64,000 nucleotides of DNA, from assembly GCA_965219905.1 (NCBI GenBank), contig CBDCOS010000002.1:284625-348624 (forward strand), given 5' to 3'. Shown here one piece after another: positions 9,824-18,136 of the stretch. The DNA is from an uncultured Candidatus Binatia bacterium (GTDB lineage Bacteria > Desulfobacterota > Binatia > UBA9968 > JAJDTQ01). The notes beneath the pieces were generated by a model. That model was not told the origin of the DNA. It worked only from the letters and a program-made list of their open reading frames with translations, and searched no databases. The translations under genes were made by a program, and so were the position numbers. The first letter of the stretch is position 1, and each line of letters begins with the position of its first letter.

Positions 9824-11707
9824 TTATGCGGGATCCGGGGAAGCGCGGGGCCTGCAGCGCACGCCCTCGGAGGCCGCTTCCGTTGCCGCCGCCGGCGGCC
9901 AGCGGGTGATCCGCGACACCCACCGGGCACGTTCCCGTGGCGCCATTTCGCACAGCAGGTTGCGAGACTGCATAGGGTCGGCGGCAACGTCGCTCAGGCT
10001 CAGGCCGTCGTCATGGCGCCACATGAGGCGGTAGTCGCCCTCGACTTCAAGAAAGCTCGGCCAGAACACCCGGCGCCACGGCACCAAGCCCCAGGCCTGC
10101 AGGCGGCGGGGTTCCGCGGGCGGCGGCTCGAAGAGGTCGAATACGCCTCCGGCCGGGGCCTCCTCTCCCAGCAGGCGCATCAGCGTCCACCCGACGTCGG
10201 CGGCCGACACCGCCCGGTCCTGCCAGGCGCCAAGCGCCTTTCTGGCGGCCCGCGGGAAGTCTTCCGGTAGAGACACGTAGGCGCTGATGCCTGCCACGCC
10301 CTCGTGGAGCGACGCGGTGCGGTGGCGCCTCGGCGGCCTGCCGTCCGGGCCGTACAGCACGCCGCCAAAGGCGTAGGACGGGGTTTCGTCCTCGCCCTGG
10401 TCGCCGGTGCCTATGACTATCGTACGGTCCAGGCGGCCGCTCTTGCGGAAAGCGTCGATCAGGACGCCCGCGGCACGGTCGGCCACCAGGGCCGCGGCGG
10501 CGCAGCGCGAGCGCTTGCGCCCCGGCGCGTCCATGCCCGTCTCGAGGCACGGCGCGTGCAAGGCGCCGCCGTAGAACAGCACGAAAGCGCGGTCGTCCGG
10601 ACCGAGCCCCTGGACCCAACGGGCGGCCTTGGCGGCCGCCCGTTGGTCGTCGCCAAACAGGTCGTTGAGCCGCGGGCCGCCGCTCAGCGCCCGCTCAGCC
10701 AGTGGATCGATCAGGTCCCGCCACACGGGTTGCATGTCCGAAAAGTCCCCCCTTGAAGAAGCCCACAACGTCCGCAGGCCGCAGGCGCGGGCCTGCGACA
10801 GCAGCGTCGGCAGGGTCATCAACTCGGGCCACGGCGTCCAGGAGGGGTGGCGCCCGGTCATGAAGGCCGGCAGGCCCAGCTCGGTGTAGTTGGAGACTGC
10901 AAAGGTGCGCGTCAGGGAGACGCCGTGCCGGTCCGGCTTGGCCAGAAGCGCCGCCTGCCGCGGCGCCAGGCCGCTCCCCGGCCCTGCCCAGCGGCTCCAC
11001 GAGTCGTGCAGCATGACCAGGATGTCGTAGCCGTTGCACGGCTTGGCCGTGACCTTGGCCGGTTGCCGGGTCGGCCAGGGGTTTTCCGGGCGGACCCGTT
11101 TCCTCGCCTCCTTGCCGAGGTCCAGGGCCAGTTGTACCGAGGCCGTCTCCGGCGACGCCAGGACGACGCGGCGGTAAGAACCCTCGAAAAGGACCGAAGC
11201 GGGCAGCGCAACGGGCAGCGCAGCGGCCAGCATGATGGTCCCCCAACAGGGTGAGGCTGTTTTCGGGCCTGTGTGAGCGGGGCGTGTGCCGCGGACAAAA
11301 GGCCTGCGGCCCCAAGCGAGGACGGCCGTCCAGGCCGCCGCGGCGCCAACCGCGGCCAAGTGGCTGACGAGGTCGACCGATTGCAGGTAACCCCACCACC
11401 CGCCCCCCGTTCCGTAGAGCAGGATTTGCGAGGCCAGCAGCGGGTGACCCGTGAAACGCATGGAGACGGCGTGGGCTCCGAACAGGTACGCGGCCGCCAA
11501 GGTGACGGGAAAGAGCAGGACCGCGGCCCGAAGCGGACGACGGGTGCCGCCTCCCAGAACGGCCGCCGCCGTCCAGGCGAAGAGTGGCAGGGTCAGACCG
11601 AAGAAAAGGTCGCCGGACCAGCCGCCGCCGTCCAGGCGAAGAGTGGCAGGGTCAGACCGAAGAAAAGGTCGCCGGACCAGCCGCCGCCGTCGGAGAGGAA
11701 AGCGCAC
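9824..11707 (-). CDS. membrane-anchored sulfatase-like / alkaline-phosphatase-superfamily protein (LTA-synthase-like topology); 5' region disrupted by a 59-bp tandem duplication (true start probably 11793)
   Basis: N-terminal hydrophobic segments followed by a large soluble domain; peptide GGGWSGDLFFGLTLPLFAWTAAA encoded twice in two frames (ORFs 9824..11707 and 11593..11793). Confidence 0.4.
   Translation of the reverse strand: MRFPLRRRRLVRRPFLRSDPATLRLDGGGWSGDLFFGLTLPLFAWTAAAVLGGGTRRPLRAAVLLFPVTLAAAYLFGAHAVSMRFTGHPLLASQILLYGTGGGWWGYLQSVDLVSHLAAVGAAAAWTAVLAWGRRPFVRGTRPAHTGPKTASPCWGTIMLAAALPVALPASVLFEGSYRRVVLASPETASVQLALDLGKEARKRVRPENPWPTRQPAKVTAKPCNGYDILVMLHDSWSRWAGPGSGLAPRQAALLAKPDRHGVSLTRTFAVSNYTELGLPAFMTGRHPSWTPWPELMTLPTLLSQARACGLRTLWASSRGDFSDMQPVWRDLIDPLAERALSGGPRLNDLFGDDQRAAAKAARWVQGLGPDDRAFVLFYGGALHAPCLETGMDAPGRKRSRCAAAALVADRAAGVLIDAFRKSGRLDRTIVIGTGDQGEDETPSYAFGGVLYGPDGRPPRRHRTASLHEGVAGISAYVSLPEDFPRAARKALGAWQDRAVSAADVGWTLMRLLGEEAPAGGVFDLFEPPPAEPRRLQAWGLVPWRRVFWPSFLEVEGDYRLMWRHDDGLSLSDVAADPMQSRNLLCEMAPRERARWVSRITRWPPAAATEAASEGVRCRPRASPDPA
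11563..11691. repeat. perfect 59-bp tandem duplication (2 copies + 11-bp partial third) inside a coding region
   Basis: Unit ccgccgccgtccaggcgaagagtggcagggtcagaccgaagaaaaggtcgccggaccag at 11563-11621 and 11622-11680, followed by ccgccgccgtc. Confidence 0.85.
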
Positions 11708-11833
11708 AGCAGCCGCCCGACCGTGAGGCAGGCAACACCCTGGACGACCGCGGGGACCAGGCGCCGCAGGTCTGACAGGCAGGTCTCAAGCATGGTTACA
11801 ACGGCGGTGTCGATGAGGTTGTCTCGGAACCTC

Positions 11834-12553
11834 CTACCGGTAGGGCGTGCGTTGGGGCCGCACCGTGATCTCCACCGGACAGGCGGTGGCGGGCGCGGTG
11901 AGAACGAACAGCACTGCCTGCGCCACGTCCTCGGGCTGGATCATCCTGCTCCGGTCCAGGCGCCTGACCGGCGGTATCATTCCGGTGTCCACGAAACCCG
12001 GGATGACCGCCGCCACCTTGATCCGGTGCTCCCGCACCTCCTCGAAAAGGGACTGGCTGAAGGCGATCAGCCCGGCCTTGGAGGCGGCGTAGGCCGCGGA
12101 TCCGCCCTGCCCCGCTCGGCCCGATATCGACGCGATGTTCACGACGGCGCCGGACTGCCTGGCCACGAGCGTGGGCAGGACGAGCTGGCTCAGGATCATG
12201 GGCGCCAGCAGGTTGACCCGGAAGGTCCGCTCCCAGTCCGGGACCCTGGCCTTGGCGATGTCGGCCTTGACGCCCCACCCGGCGTTGTTGACGAGGAAAT
12301 CGATGGCGCCGAACCGGTCGAGGGTCTGCTCCACCAGCGCCTCCAGGTCCTCCTGCACGGAGAGATCGGCGCGAGTCCAGCAAGCCTGTCTGCCCCGTGA
12401 GACGATCTCGGCCCGCACCGCCTCGAGTTGATCCGCACTTCTCGCCGCAAGCATGACGCGGCAACCCTGTTCGGCGGCCAGCAGCGCGATGGCGCGGCCG
12501 ATGCCGCGGCCCGCGCCGGTGACGATGCAGACCTTGTCCTGGAGAGGCTTCAC
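11834..12553 (-). CDS. SDR family oxidoreductase (3-oxoacyl-ACP reductase-like)
   Basis: TGAGRGIGRAIA cofactor motif, catalytic Y-x3-K (YAASKAG), 239 aa. Confidence 0.85.
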   Translation of the reverse strand: MKPLQDKVCIVTGAGRGIGRAIALLAAEQGCRVMLAARSADQLEAVRAEIVSRGRQACWTRADLSVQEDLEALVEQTLDRFGAIDFLVNNAGWGVKADIAKARVPDWERTFRVNLLAPMILSQLVLPTLVARQSGAVVNIASISGRAGQGGSAAYAASKAGLIAFSQSLFEEVREHRIKVAAVIPGFVDTGMIPPVRRLDRSRMIQPEDVAQAVLFVLTAPATACPVEITVRPQRTPYR

Positions 12554-12966
12554 TGCACGGTGGAATGAGGCTCGGGATCGGCCATCATCACGGGCGAGCC
12601 GTGATGGTGGATCATGAACCAGCCGTCGGCGCGCCGTTCATAGATATTGGTGGCGAGCACCACGGCCGCGTTGGTCTGCCCCTGAAGCCTCGAAGCCAGA
12701 TTCTCGTACAGCGTGACCCAGGCCAGATCGCCCTGCACGCGCGCCTGCACGTCGGTGAGCGTAAAGCGCATCTGCTCCGTGTTCTCGAAAATCCGCCGCC
12801 AGCTCTCCATGACGGCGTCCCAGCCGGACAACAGGGCCCACCCGGGGTGGACGCACTTGATGTAGTCCTCGCGCAGCCAGATCCCCTCCATGCGATTGAT
12901 GTCGAGGCTCTCGAACGCTTCGTAGAAGCGCCGGTTGACATCGTTCACGGGATCTTCCGCGGTCAT
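12550..12966 (-). CDS. SnoaL-like / NTF2-fold (DUF4440, ketosteroid-isomerase-like) protein
   Basis: 138 aa from MTAEDPVNDVNRRFYEAF...; ORF-track start (13032) reads through a REP element (PSFPRKRESRGGG) and is rejected; 4-nt overlap with SDR gene. Confidence 0.55.
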   Translation of the reverse strand: MTAEDPVNDVNRRFYEAFESLDINRMEGIWLREDYIKCVHPGWALLSGWDAVMESWRRIFENTEQMRFTLTDVQARVQGDLAWVTLYENLASRLQGQTNAAVVLATNIYERRADGWFMIHHHGSPVMMADPEPHSTVQ

Positions 12967-12984
12967 GAGCCCCTCTCCTCCTCC

Positions 12985-13014
12985 CCTGGATTCCCGCTTT
13001 CGCGGGAATGACGG
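12985..13014. repeat. REP-like palindromic element, single unit (cctggattcccgctttcgcgggaatgacgg)
   Basis: Hairpin ttcccgc-ttt-cgcgggaa; same family as copies at 17998, 18071, 40688, 40761. Confidence 0.7.
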
Positions 13015-13086
13015 GTTCGGGGTGCCGTGCATATCATACCGTTGCCTCGGCCGCGCGTGGACCGACCGCTTTCGTTCGCGGGCTCT

Positions 13087-13413
13087 TCAATGACTCGGGC
13101 GCGGCGCCATGACCACCAGCAGCTTCAGCCGCTCCGGCCCAGGATTCTCCACGCCGTGGGGCTCGCCCGACGGCGCCAGCGCCACCTCGTCCTTGGCCAG
13201 CTCACGGCGCTCTTCGCCGATGCGAAACACGCCCCGCCCCTCCAGCACGAAGTAGACCTTGTCGGAGCCGTCATGGCTATGCAAGCTCTGAACCTGTCCG
13301 GCCTCGAAGCAGTAGAGGTCGCAGAACATGCGCTCGGTTTCGAAGATGCCGTTCTTCTTCATCTTCTCCGCGGAGAACTGCGCGATCTCCGCAACCTTCT
13401 TGAACGTTTCCAT
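13087..13413 (-). CDS. cupin domain protein
   Basis: 108 aa, ...SLHSHDGSDKVYFVLEGRGVF...GEPHGVEN two-motif cupin signature. Confidence 0.65.
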   Translation of the reverse strand: METFKKVAEIAQFSAEKMKKNGIFETERMFCDLYCFEAGQVQSLHSHDGSDKVYFVLEGRGVFRIGEERRELAKDEVALAPSGEPHGVENPGPERLKLLVVMAPRPSH

Positions 13414-13497
13414 GCAGAATACCTCCCAGGTGAAGCGATCATGGTATCACAGGGGGCTTTCCATGCAAAAGTTCCGTGGATCTGCTATTTTGCGGAC

Positions 13498-14691
13498 ATG
13501 CGCTCGGCCTTGGTCCGATACCACGAGATCGCCCTCAAACGCGGCAACCGCGCCTGGTTCGTCGAGCATCTCAAAAAGAACCTCAGCACCGCCCTGCGCG
13601 GAATGGGCCTCAAGGAGATCCGCAACGCTTCCTCGAGACTCCTTCTCAACTTCAACCACGACGTACCGCACGACGAGTTAACGGAGCGGCTCCGGCGGGT
13701 CTTCGGCATCGCCAACTTCTCCCTGGTGGAACGTACCGACGCCGACATGCCGGCCCTTGGCGCACACGTCCTGGAAGCCCTCCAGGGACAGTCCTTCGAC
13801 TCCTTCCGAATCGAGACCCGGCGGGTGGACAAACGTTTTCCGCTGACCTCCAACGACATCAACCGCGAGCTGGGCGCCCTGGTCCAGGCCCGCTCGGGCG
13901 CGCGGGTGGACCTCACCCGGCCCGAGTTGACGGTGTCGGTGGAAATCCTGCCATCGAGCGCTTTCGTGAGCCTGCACAAGCTGCCCGGCCCGGGAGGCCT
14001 TCCGGTAGGCGCCAGCGGACGGCTGGTCTCGCTTGTCTCCGGGGGCATCGATTCGCCGGTGGCCTCGTACCGGATGATGCAGCGCGGCTGCCGTCTCGTC
14101 TTCGTACACTTCCACAGCAGTCCGTTCCTGGACCGCTCGTCCCAGGACAAGTCCAGGGCTCTCGTGGACATGCTCACCCGCTACCAGTTCCTGTCGCGGC
14201 TCTATCTCGTGCCGTTCGGAGAGGTCCAGCGCCGCATCGTCGCCGCCGTGCTGCGGCCGCTCCGGGTGGTGATCTACCGGAGGATGATGCTGCGGATCGC
14301 TTCCGTCATCGCCGCCCGGGAGCGCGCCCGGGCGCTGGTGACCGGCGAGAGCCTGGCCCAGGTGGCCTCCCAGACGTTGCCCAACATCGCGGCCATCGAG
14401 GAAGCCTCGCGGTATCCGGTGCTGCGGCCGCTCATCGGCATGGACAAGCAGGAGATCATCGACCAGGCCATGGCCATCGGCACCTTCGAGACCTCGGTCC
14501 AGCCCGATCAGGACTGCTGTCAGCTCTTCGTGCCCAAGCACCCGGCGGTAAAGGCCACCGTGCGGCGGGTGCGGGAGGCCGAGGCCTCGCTCGACGTGGA
14601 CGAACTCGTGGGCCTGGGAGCAGACCACGCCGAGATCGAACGCTTCTACTACCCCGAACCGGACCAGAGCGACACGCCGAAGGTTGCCTGA
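13498..14691 (+). CDS. thiI: tRNA 4-thiouridine(8) synthase / tRNA sulfurtransferase ThiI (THUMP + PP-loop)
   Basis: Start MRSALVRYHEIALKRGNRAWF (ThiI N-terminus); PP-loop SGGIDSPVA; ORF-track N-terminal extension (13027) overlaps the cupin gene and is rejected. Confidence 0.8.
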   Translation: MRSALVRYHEIALKRGNRAWFVEHLKKNLSTALRGMGLKEIRNASSRLLLNFNHDVPHDELTERLRRVFGIANFSLVERTDADMPALGAHVLEALQGQSFDSFRIETRRVDKRFPLTSNDINRELGALVQARSGARVDLTRPELTVSVEILPSSAFVSLHKLPGPGGLPVGASGRLVSLVSGGIDSPVASYRMMQRGCRLVFVHFHSSPFLDRSSQDKSRALVDMLTRYQFLSRLYLVPFGEVQRRIVAAVLRPLRVVIYRRMMLRIASVIAARERARALVTGESLAQVASQTLPNIAAIEEASRYPVLRPLIGMDKQEIIDQAMAIGTFETSVQPDQDCCQLFVPKHPAVKATVRRVREAEASLDVDELVGLGADHAEIERFYYPEPDQSDTPKVA

Positions 14692-14705
14692 ACCGGGCAG
14701 TGCAG

Positions 14706-16121
14706 ATGACCACCATCCGATCCTTCATCCGTGACACCTGGCAGGCCAGTATCATCCCGACGCTGACGGAGTACATCGCCATCCCCAACGAGTCGCCGGC
14801 GTTCGACGCGCAGTGGCGGGAGCACGGGCACATGGACCGGGCGGTGGAGCTGTTCTCGCGCTGGGCCACGGCTCAGGACATTCCGGGCCTGGAACTCCAC
14901 GTGGCCCGGGCCGAAGGGCGCACGCCGCTCCTGCTCATGGAGATACCCGGGACAGGCCCAGGGACGGTGCTGCTCTACGGTCATCTGGACAAACAGCCTC
15001 CCATGGAGGGGTGGCGTCCGGGGCTGGGGCCGTGGACGCCGGTGCTGGAGGACGGCAGGCTCTACGGCCGGGGCGGCGCGGACGACGGCTACGGCATGTT
15101 CGCGGCCCTGACGGCGGTGAAGGCGCTGAAGCTCGAATCCATACCCTGCGCGCGTTGCGTCGTCATGATCGAGGCCTGCGAGGAGAGCGGCAGCTTCGAC
15201 CTCCCCCACTACGTCGACGCGCTGGCGGACCGCATCGGCACCCCGGACCTGGTCGTGTGCCTGGACTCCGGATGCGGCGACTACGAACGGATGTGGGTCA
15301 CCACCTCGCTCCGGGGCGTGATCAACGCCACGCTGTCGGTGTCGACCCTCAGCGAGGGAGTCCATTCCGGCGCCGCCAGCGGCATCGTGCCGTCGAGCTT
15401 CCGTATCCTCCGCCGCCTGTTGAGCCGCCTGGAGGACCAGGACACGGGACGGATCCTGCCGGCGGGCCTGCAAGCGGACATCCCGCCCGACAGGCTGGCG
15501 CAGGCCAGGGCGGCGGCGGAAGTGCTCGGGGCGGGATTGCACGAAGGCTATCCCTTCCATCCCGGCACCGCGCCGGTGGCCGACGACATCTCCGAGCTGC
15601 TGCTGAACCGCACATGGCGGCCCCAGCTCGAGATCATCGGCGCGGCCGGCCTCCCAAACCTGGAGCAGGCCGGCAACGTGCTGCGCCCGGAGACCCGGGC
15701 GAAGCTCTCGTTGCGTCTTCCCCCTACCGCCGATCCCGGCGCGGCGGTAGCCTGCCTGAGGGATACCTTGACCACGGACCCGCCCTACGGGGCCAAGGTG
15801 ACCTTCGACCCCGGCCAGGGCACCGGCGGCTGGAACGCGCCGCCGTTCGCGCCGTGGCTGGAAGAATCCATGGACCGTGCGTCCCGCGAGTTCTTCGGCA
15901 AGGACGCCTGCGCCACGGGAGAAGGCGGCACCATCCCCTTCATGGCCATGCTGGCCGAGAAGTTCCCGGAAGCACAGTTCATGATCACCGGAGTGTTGGG
16001 TCCCAAGTCCAACGCCCACGGACCCAACGAGTTCCTGCACATCGAAACCGGCGTCAACCTCACGGGCTGCGTCGCGCGGGTGCTGCAGGACCACTACAAG
16101 GCCAAAACACAGGAGGTTTGA
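14706..16121 (+). CDS. M20 family metallopeptidase (dipeptidase / ArgE-DapE-like)
   Basis: HLDKQPP...GRGGADDGYG metal-binding motifs; internal start MTTIRSFI chosen within long ORF 13476..16121. Confidence 0.75.
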   Translation: MTTIRSFIRDTWQASIIPTLTEYIAIPNESPAFDAQWREHGHMDRAVELFSRWATAQDIPGLELHVARAEGRTPLLLMEIPGTGPGTVLLYGHLDKQPPMEGWRPGLGPWTPVLEDGRLYGRGGADDGYGMFAALTAVKALKLESIPCARCVVMIEACEESGSFDLPHYVDALADRIGTPDLVVCLDSGCGDYERMWVTTSLRGVINATLSVSTLSEGVHSGAASGIVPSSFRILRRLLSRLEDQDTGRILPAGLQADIPPDRLAQARAAAEVLGAGLHEGYPFHPGTAPVADDISELLLNRTWRPQLEIIGAAGLPNLEQAGNVLRPETRAKLSLRLPPTADPGAAVACLRDTLTTDPPYGAKVTFDPGQGTGGWNAPPFAPWLEESMDRASREFFGKDACATGEGGTIPFMAMLAEKFPEAQFMITGVLGPKSNAHGPNEFLHIETGVNLTGCVARVLQDHYKAKTQEV

Positions 16122-16123
16122 CT

Positions 16124-17188
16124 ATGGGATACCGCACGTTGCAGGCACGACTTCTATCGATACTGGGCTGCCTTGTCCTCGCAGTCTCGACGTTGGGCGC
16201 TCCGTCCGGCAGCCCGGCCGCGGACGACACGTTCTTCAAGGGCAAGACCATCCGCATCGTGGTAGCCTTCTCCGTGGGCGGCGGTTTCGACCTCTATTCG
16301 CGCACCATAGGGCGTCACATGGGTCGCTATATTCCGGGGAATCCGCGGTTCCTGGTGCAGAACAGGACCGGGGCGGGAGGACTCATATCGGCCAACTACA
16401 TGTACAGGAAGGCCAAACCCGATGGCCTGACCATCGGGAATTTTCCTGGAAGCCTCTTTTGGGCCCGCCTCTACGGGCAGAAGGGAATCCAGTTCGTTTC
16501 CAGCAAGTACGAGTTCCTCGGAGTCCCGGAATCGACCATTTCCGTTTGTGCGTTCACCAAGGCGAGCGGCATTACGGACGTGACGAAATGGATGAACTCG
16601 CCCAGACCGGTCAAGTTGTCCGGCACGGGTCCGGGCAATTCCACCAACGACGGCCCCCGATTGCTGAACGCCGCGCTTGGCCTGCCCATCAAGCTGATCG
16701 AGGGGTACGGCGGCGCGCCCGGCATGCTCCTGGCGGCCGACAAGGGCGAGGTGGACGGTATCTGCGGACTGAGCTGGACAGCCTTGACCGCCACCTGGGG
16801 AGCGAAGTTCAAGTCCGGAGATGCGGTGCCGGTCCTGCAGATGTCTCCGAAGAAGCACAGCGCGCTTCCGGATGTCCCTCTGGATATCAGCCTTGCCAAG
16901 ACCGACGAGGCACGGCTGCTCATCAAGACCGGCATCCATGACCCTGCCGCGCTCACCCGCATTTACGCGCTGCCTCCGGGCACGCCGCCGGAACGCGTGG
17001 AGATCCTGCGGACGGCTTTCATGAAGACGATGCGGGATCCGCAATTCCTGGCCGACGCCAAGAAGACCCGCCTCTACATCGACCCTTCGCCCGGCACAGA
17101 GGTGCTGAAGGTCGTGAAGTCGCTGGACGCGCTGTCACCCGAGGTGGTCCAGAAGCTGAAAGACATTCTCTTTGCCAAGCAGAAGTGA
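16124..17188 (+). CDS. tripartite tricarboxylate transporter substrate-binding protein (TctC/Bug family), orphan
   Basis: Signal peptide MGYRTLQARLLSILGCLVLAVSTLGAPSGSPAADD then Bug-family core; no adjacent tctAB. Confidence 0.75.
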   Translation: MGYRTLQARLLSILGCLVLAVSTLGAPSGSPAADDTFFKGKTIRIVVAFSVGGGFDLYSRTIGRHMGRYIPGNPRFLVQNRTGAGGLISANYMYRKAKPDGLTIGNFPGSLFWARLYGQKGIQFVSSKYEFLGVPESTISVCAFTKASGITDVTKWMNSPRPVKLSGTGPGNSTNDGPRLLNAALGLPIKLIEGYGGAPGMLLAADKGEVDGICGLSWTALTATWGAKFKSGDAVPVLQMSPKKHSALPDVPLDISLAKTDEARLLIKTGIHDPAALTRIYALPPGTPPERVEILRTAFMKTMRDPQFLADAKKTRLYIDPSPGTEVLKVVKSLDALSPEVVQKLKDILFAKQK

Positions 17189-17197
17189 CCTGAAGAG

Positions 17198-17226
17198 GGG
17201 TGTAGGGTGCCCTACCCTACACCCCT
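17198..17226. terminator. GC-rich hairpin (12-bp stem ggggtgtagggt/accctacacccc, 5-nt loop) between convergent genes
   Basis: Lies between the TctC-like stop (17188) and the RdgB-like stop (17252); no clear T-tract. Confidence 0.35.
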
Positions 17227-17251
17227 TCACTTGTGCGGCGCCGTCATCGGC

Positions 17252-17815
17252 CTAAGGCGAGTTTCCGGAGTCGTGGATCCAGCGGGCGAGGTTCTCGAGG
17301 GCCCCCCGGCGGTGGGATAGCCGGTTCTTCTCGTCGCCGAGCTCGCCGTAGGTCCTTCCGGAGGCGCCTTCGGCAATGAACACCGGGTCGTAGCCCCAGC
17401 CCTCGCCCCTGCATTCCAGCGCGATGGTCCCGGCCACGGCCGAAGCAAAGCACTCGGGAGACCCTCCGGGACGGCAGTAGGCGAACACGGACTGGAACGT
17501 CGCTCCCCGGTGCGGCGCGTTCTCCAGCAGCCGCAGGATCCCCTGGTTGCCGATGGTCCGGAACACGTACGCCGAGTAGGGACCGGGGAAACCGTTGAGG
17601 CTGTCGATGAACAGCCCCGTGTCCTCTACCATGGCCGCGCCGGCCACTCGCCCGCAGGCTTCCCGGGCCTTCTCCGCGGCGATCTCTTCCAGGGTATCCG
17701 CCTGGATCTCCCGAAGCTCCAGAGGGGCCATCTCCACGGGTATGCCGTAGTCCCGGAGTATGGCGCTCACCTCGCTGAACTTGTGCCTGTTGGAGGTGGC
17801 GAATGTGATCGACAA
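17252..17815 (-). CDS. rdgB: non-canonical purine NTP pyrophosphatase (RdgB/Ham1/ITPase family)
   Basis: ...ITFATSNRHKFSEV...FIDSLNGFPGPYSA... Ham1 motifs; ORF-track start (17896) would overlap tRNA-Gly, so a TTG at 17815 is proposed. Confidence 0.7.
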   Translation of the reverse strand: MSITFATSNRHKFSEVSAILRDYGIPVEMAPLELREIQADTLEEIAAEKAREACGRVAGAAMVEDTGLFIDSLNGFPGPYSAYVFRTIGNQGILRLLENAPHRGATFQSVFAYCRPGGSPECFASAVAGTIALECRGEGWGYDPVFIAEGASGRTYGELGDEKNRLSHRRGALENLARWIHDSGNSP

Positions 17816-17847
17816 TGCAGGGGAACCGTCTGAAGGAAGGTAGGGGT

Positions 17848-17924
17848 TGGAGCGGGTGACCGGGGTCGAACCGGCGACCTTATGCTTGGCAAGCATACGC
17901 TCTAGCCAACTGAGCTACACCCGC
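17848..17924 (-). tRNA. tRNA-Gly (anticodon GCC)
   Basis: Reverse complement GCGGGTGTAGCTCAGTTGG...TTGCCAA...GGTTCGACCCCGGTCACCCGCTCCA folds as cloverleaf with GCC anticodon and encoded CCA. Confidence 0.8.
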
Positions 17925-17997
17925 ATCCTGCAAGGTTTCCTACATGATCCTTCGGCTGTTGTCAATTTCCATGGCTTCCGCTCCTCCCCCTGACACT

Positions 17998-18136
17998 CCG
18001 TCATTCCCGCGGAAGCGGGAATCCAGGGGTGTGGAGAGGGCCAAACGGGCGTATTCCCCGCCTCACCCCGCCTGGATTCCCGCTTTCGCGGGAATGACGG
18101 AGAGGTGCGGGAATGACGGAGAGGTGCGGAATTGAC
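17998..18136. repeat. composite REP element: two inverted hairpin units (17998-18029, 18071-18100) followed by tandem 20-bp repeats (gaatgacggagaggtgcggg x2)
   Basis: ccgtcattcccgcggaagcgggaatccagggg ... cctggattcccgctttcgcgggaatgacgg; the IS abuts this array. Confidence 0.7.

Noticed and set aside
13027-13497. 157-codon N-terminal extension of thiI proposed by the ORF track
   Set aside because: Overlaps the cupin gene on the opposite strand and lacks ThiI homology. The conserved ThiI N-terminus begins at 13498.
18088-18130. Short tandem direct repeats that might be mistaken for a CRISPR-like array
   Set aside because: Only two 20-21-bp units with no spacers. They are part of the REP-derived array. 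No CRISPR repeats or cas genes are found anywhere in the window.
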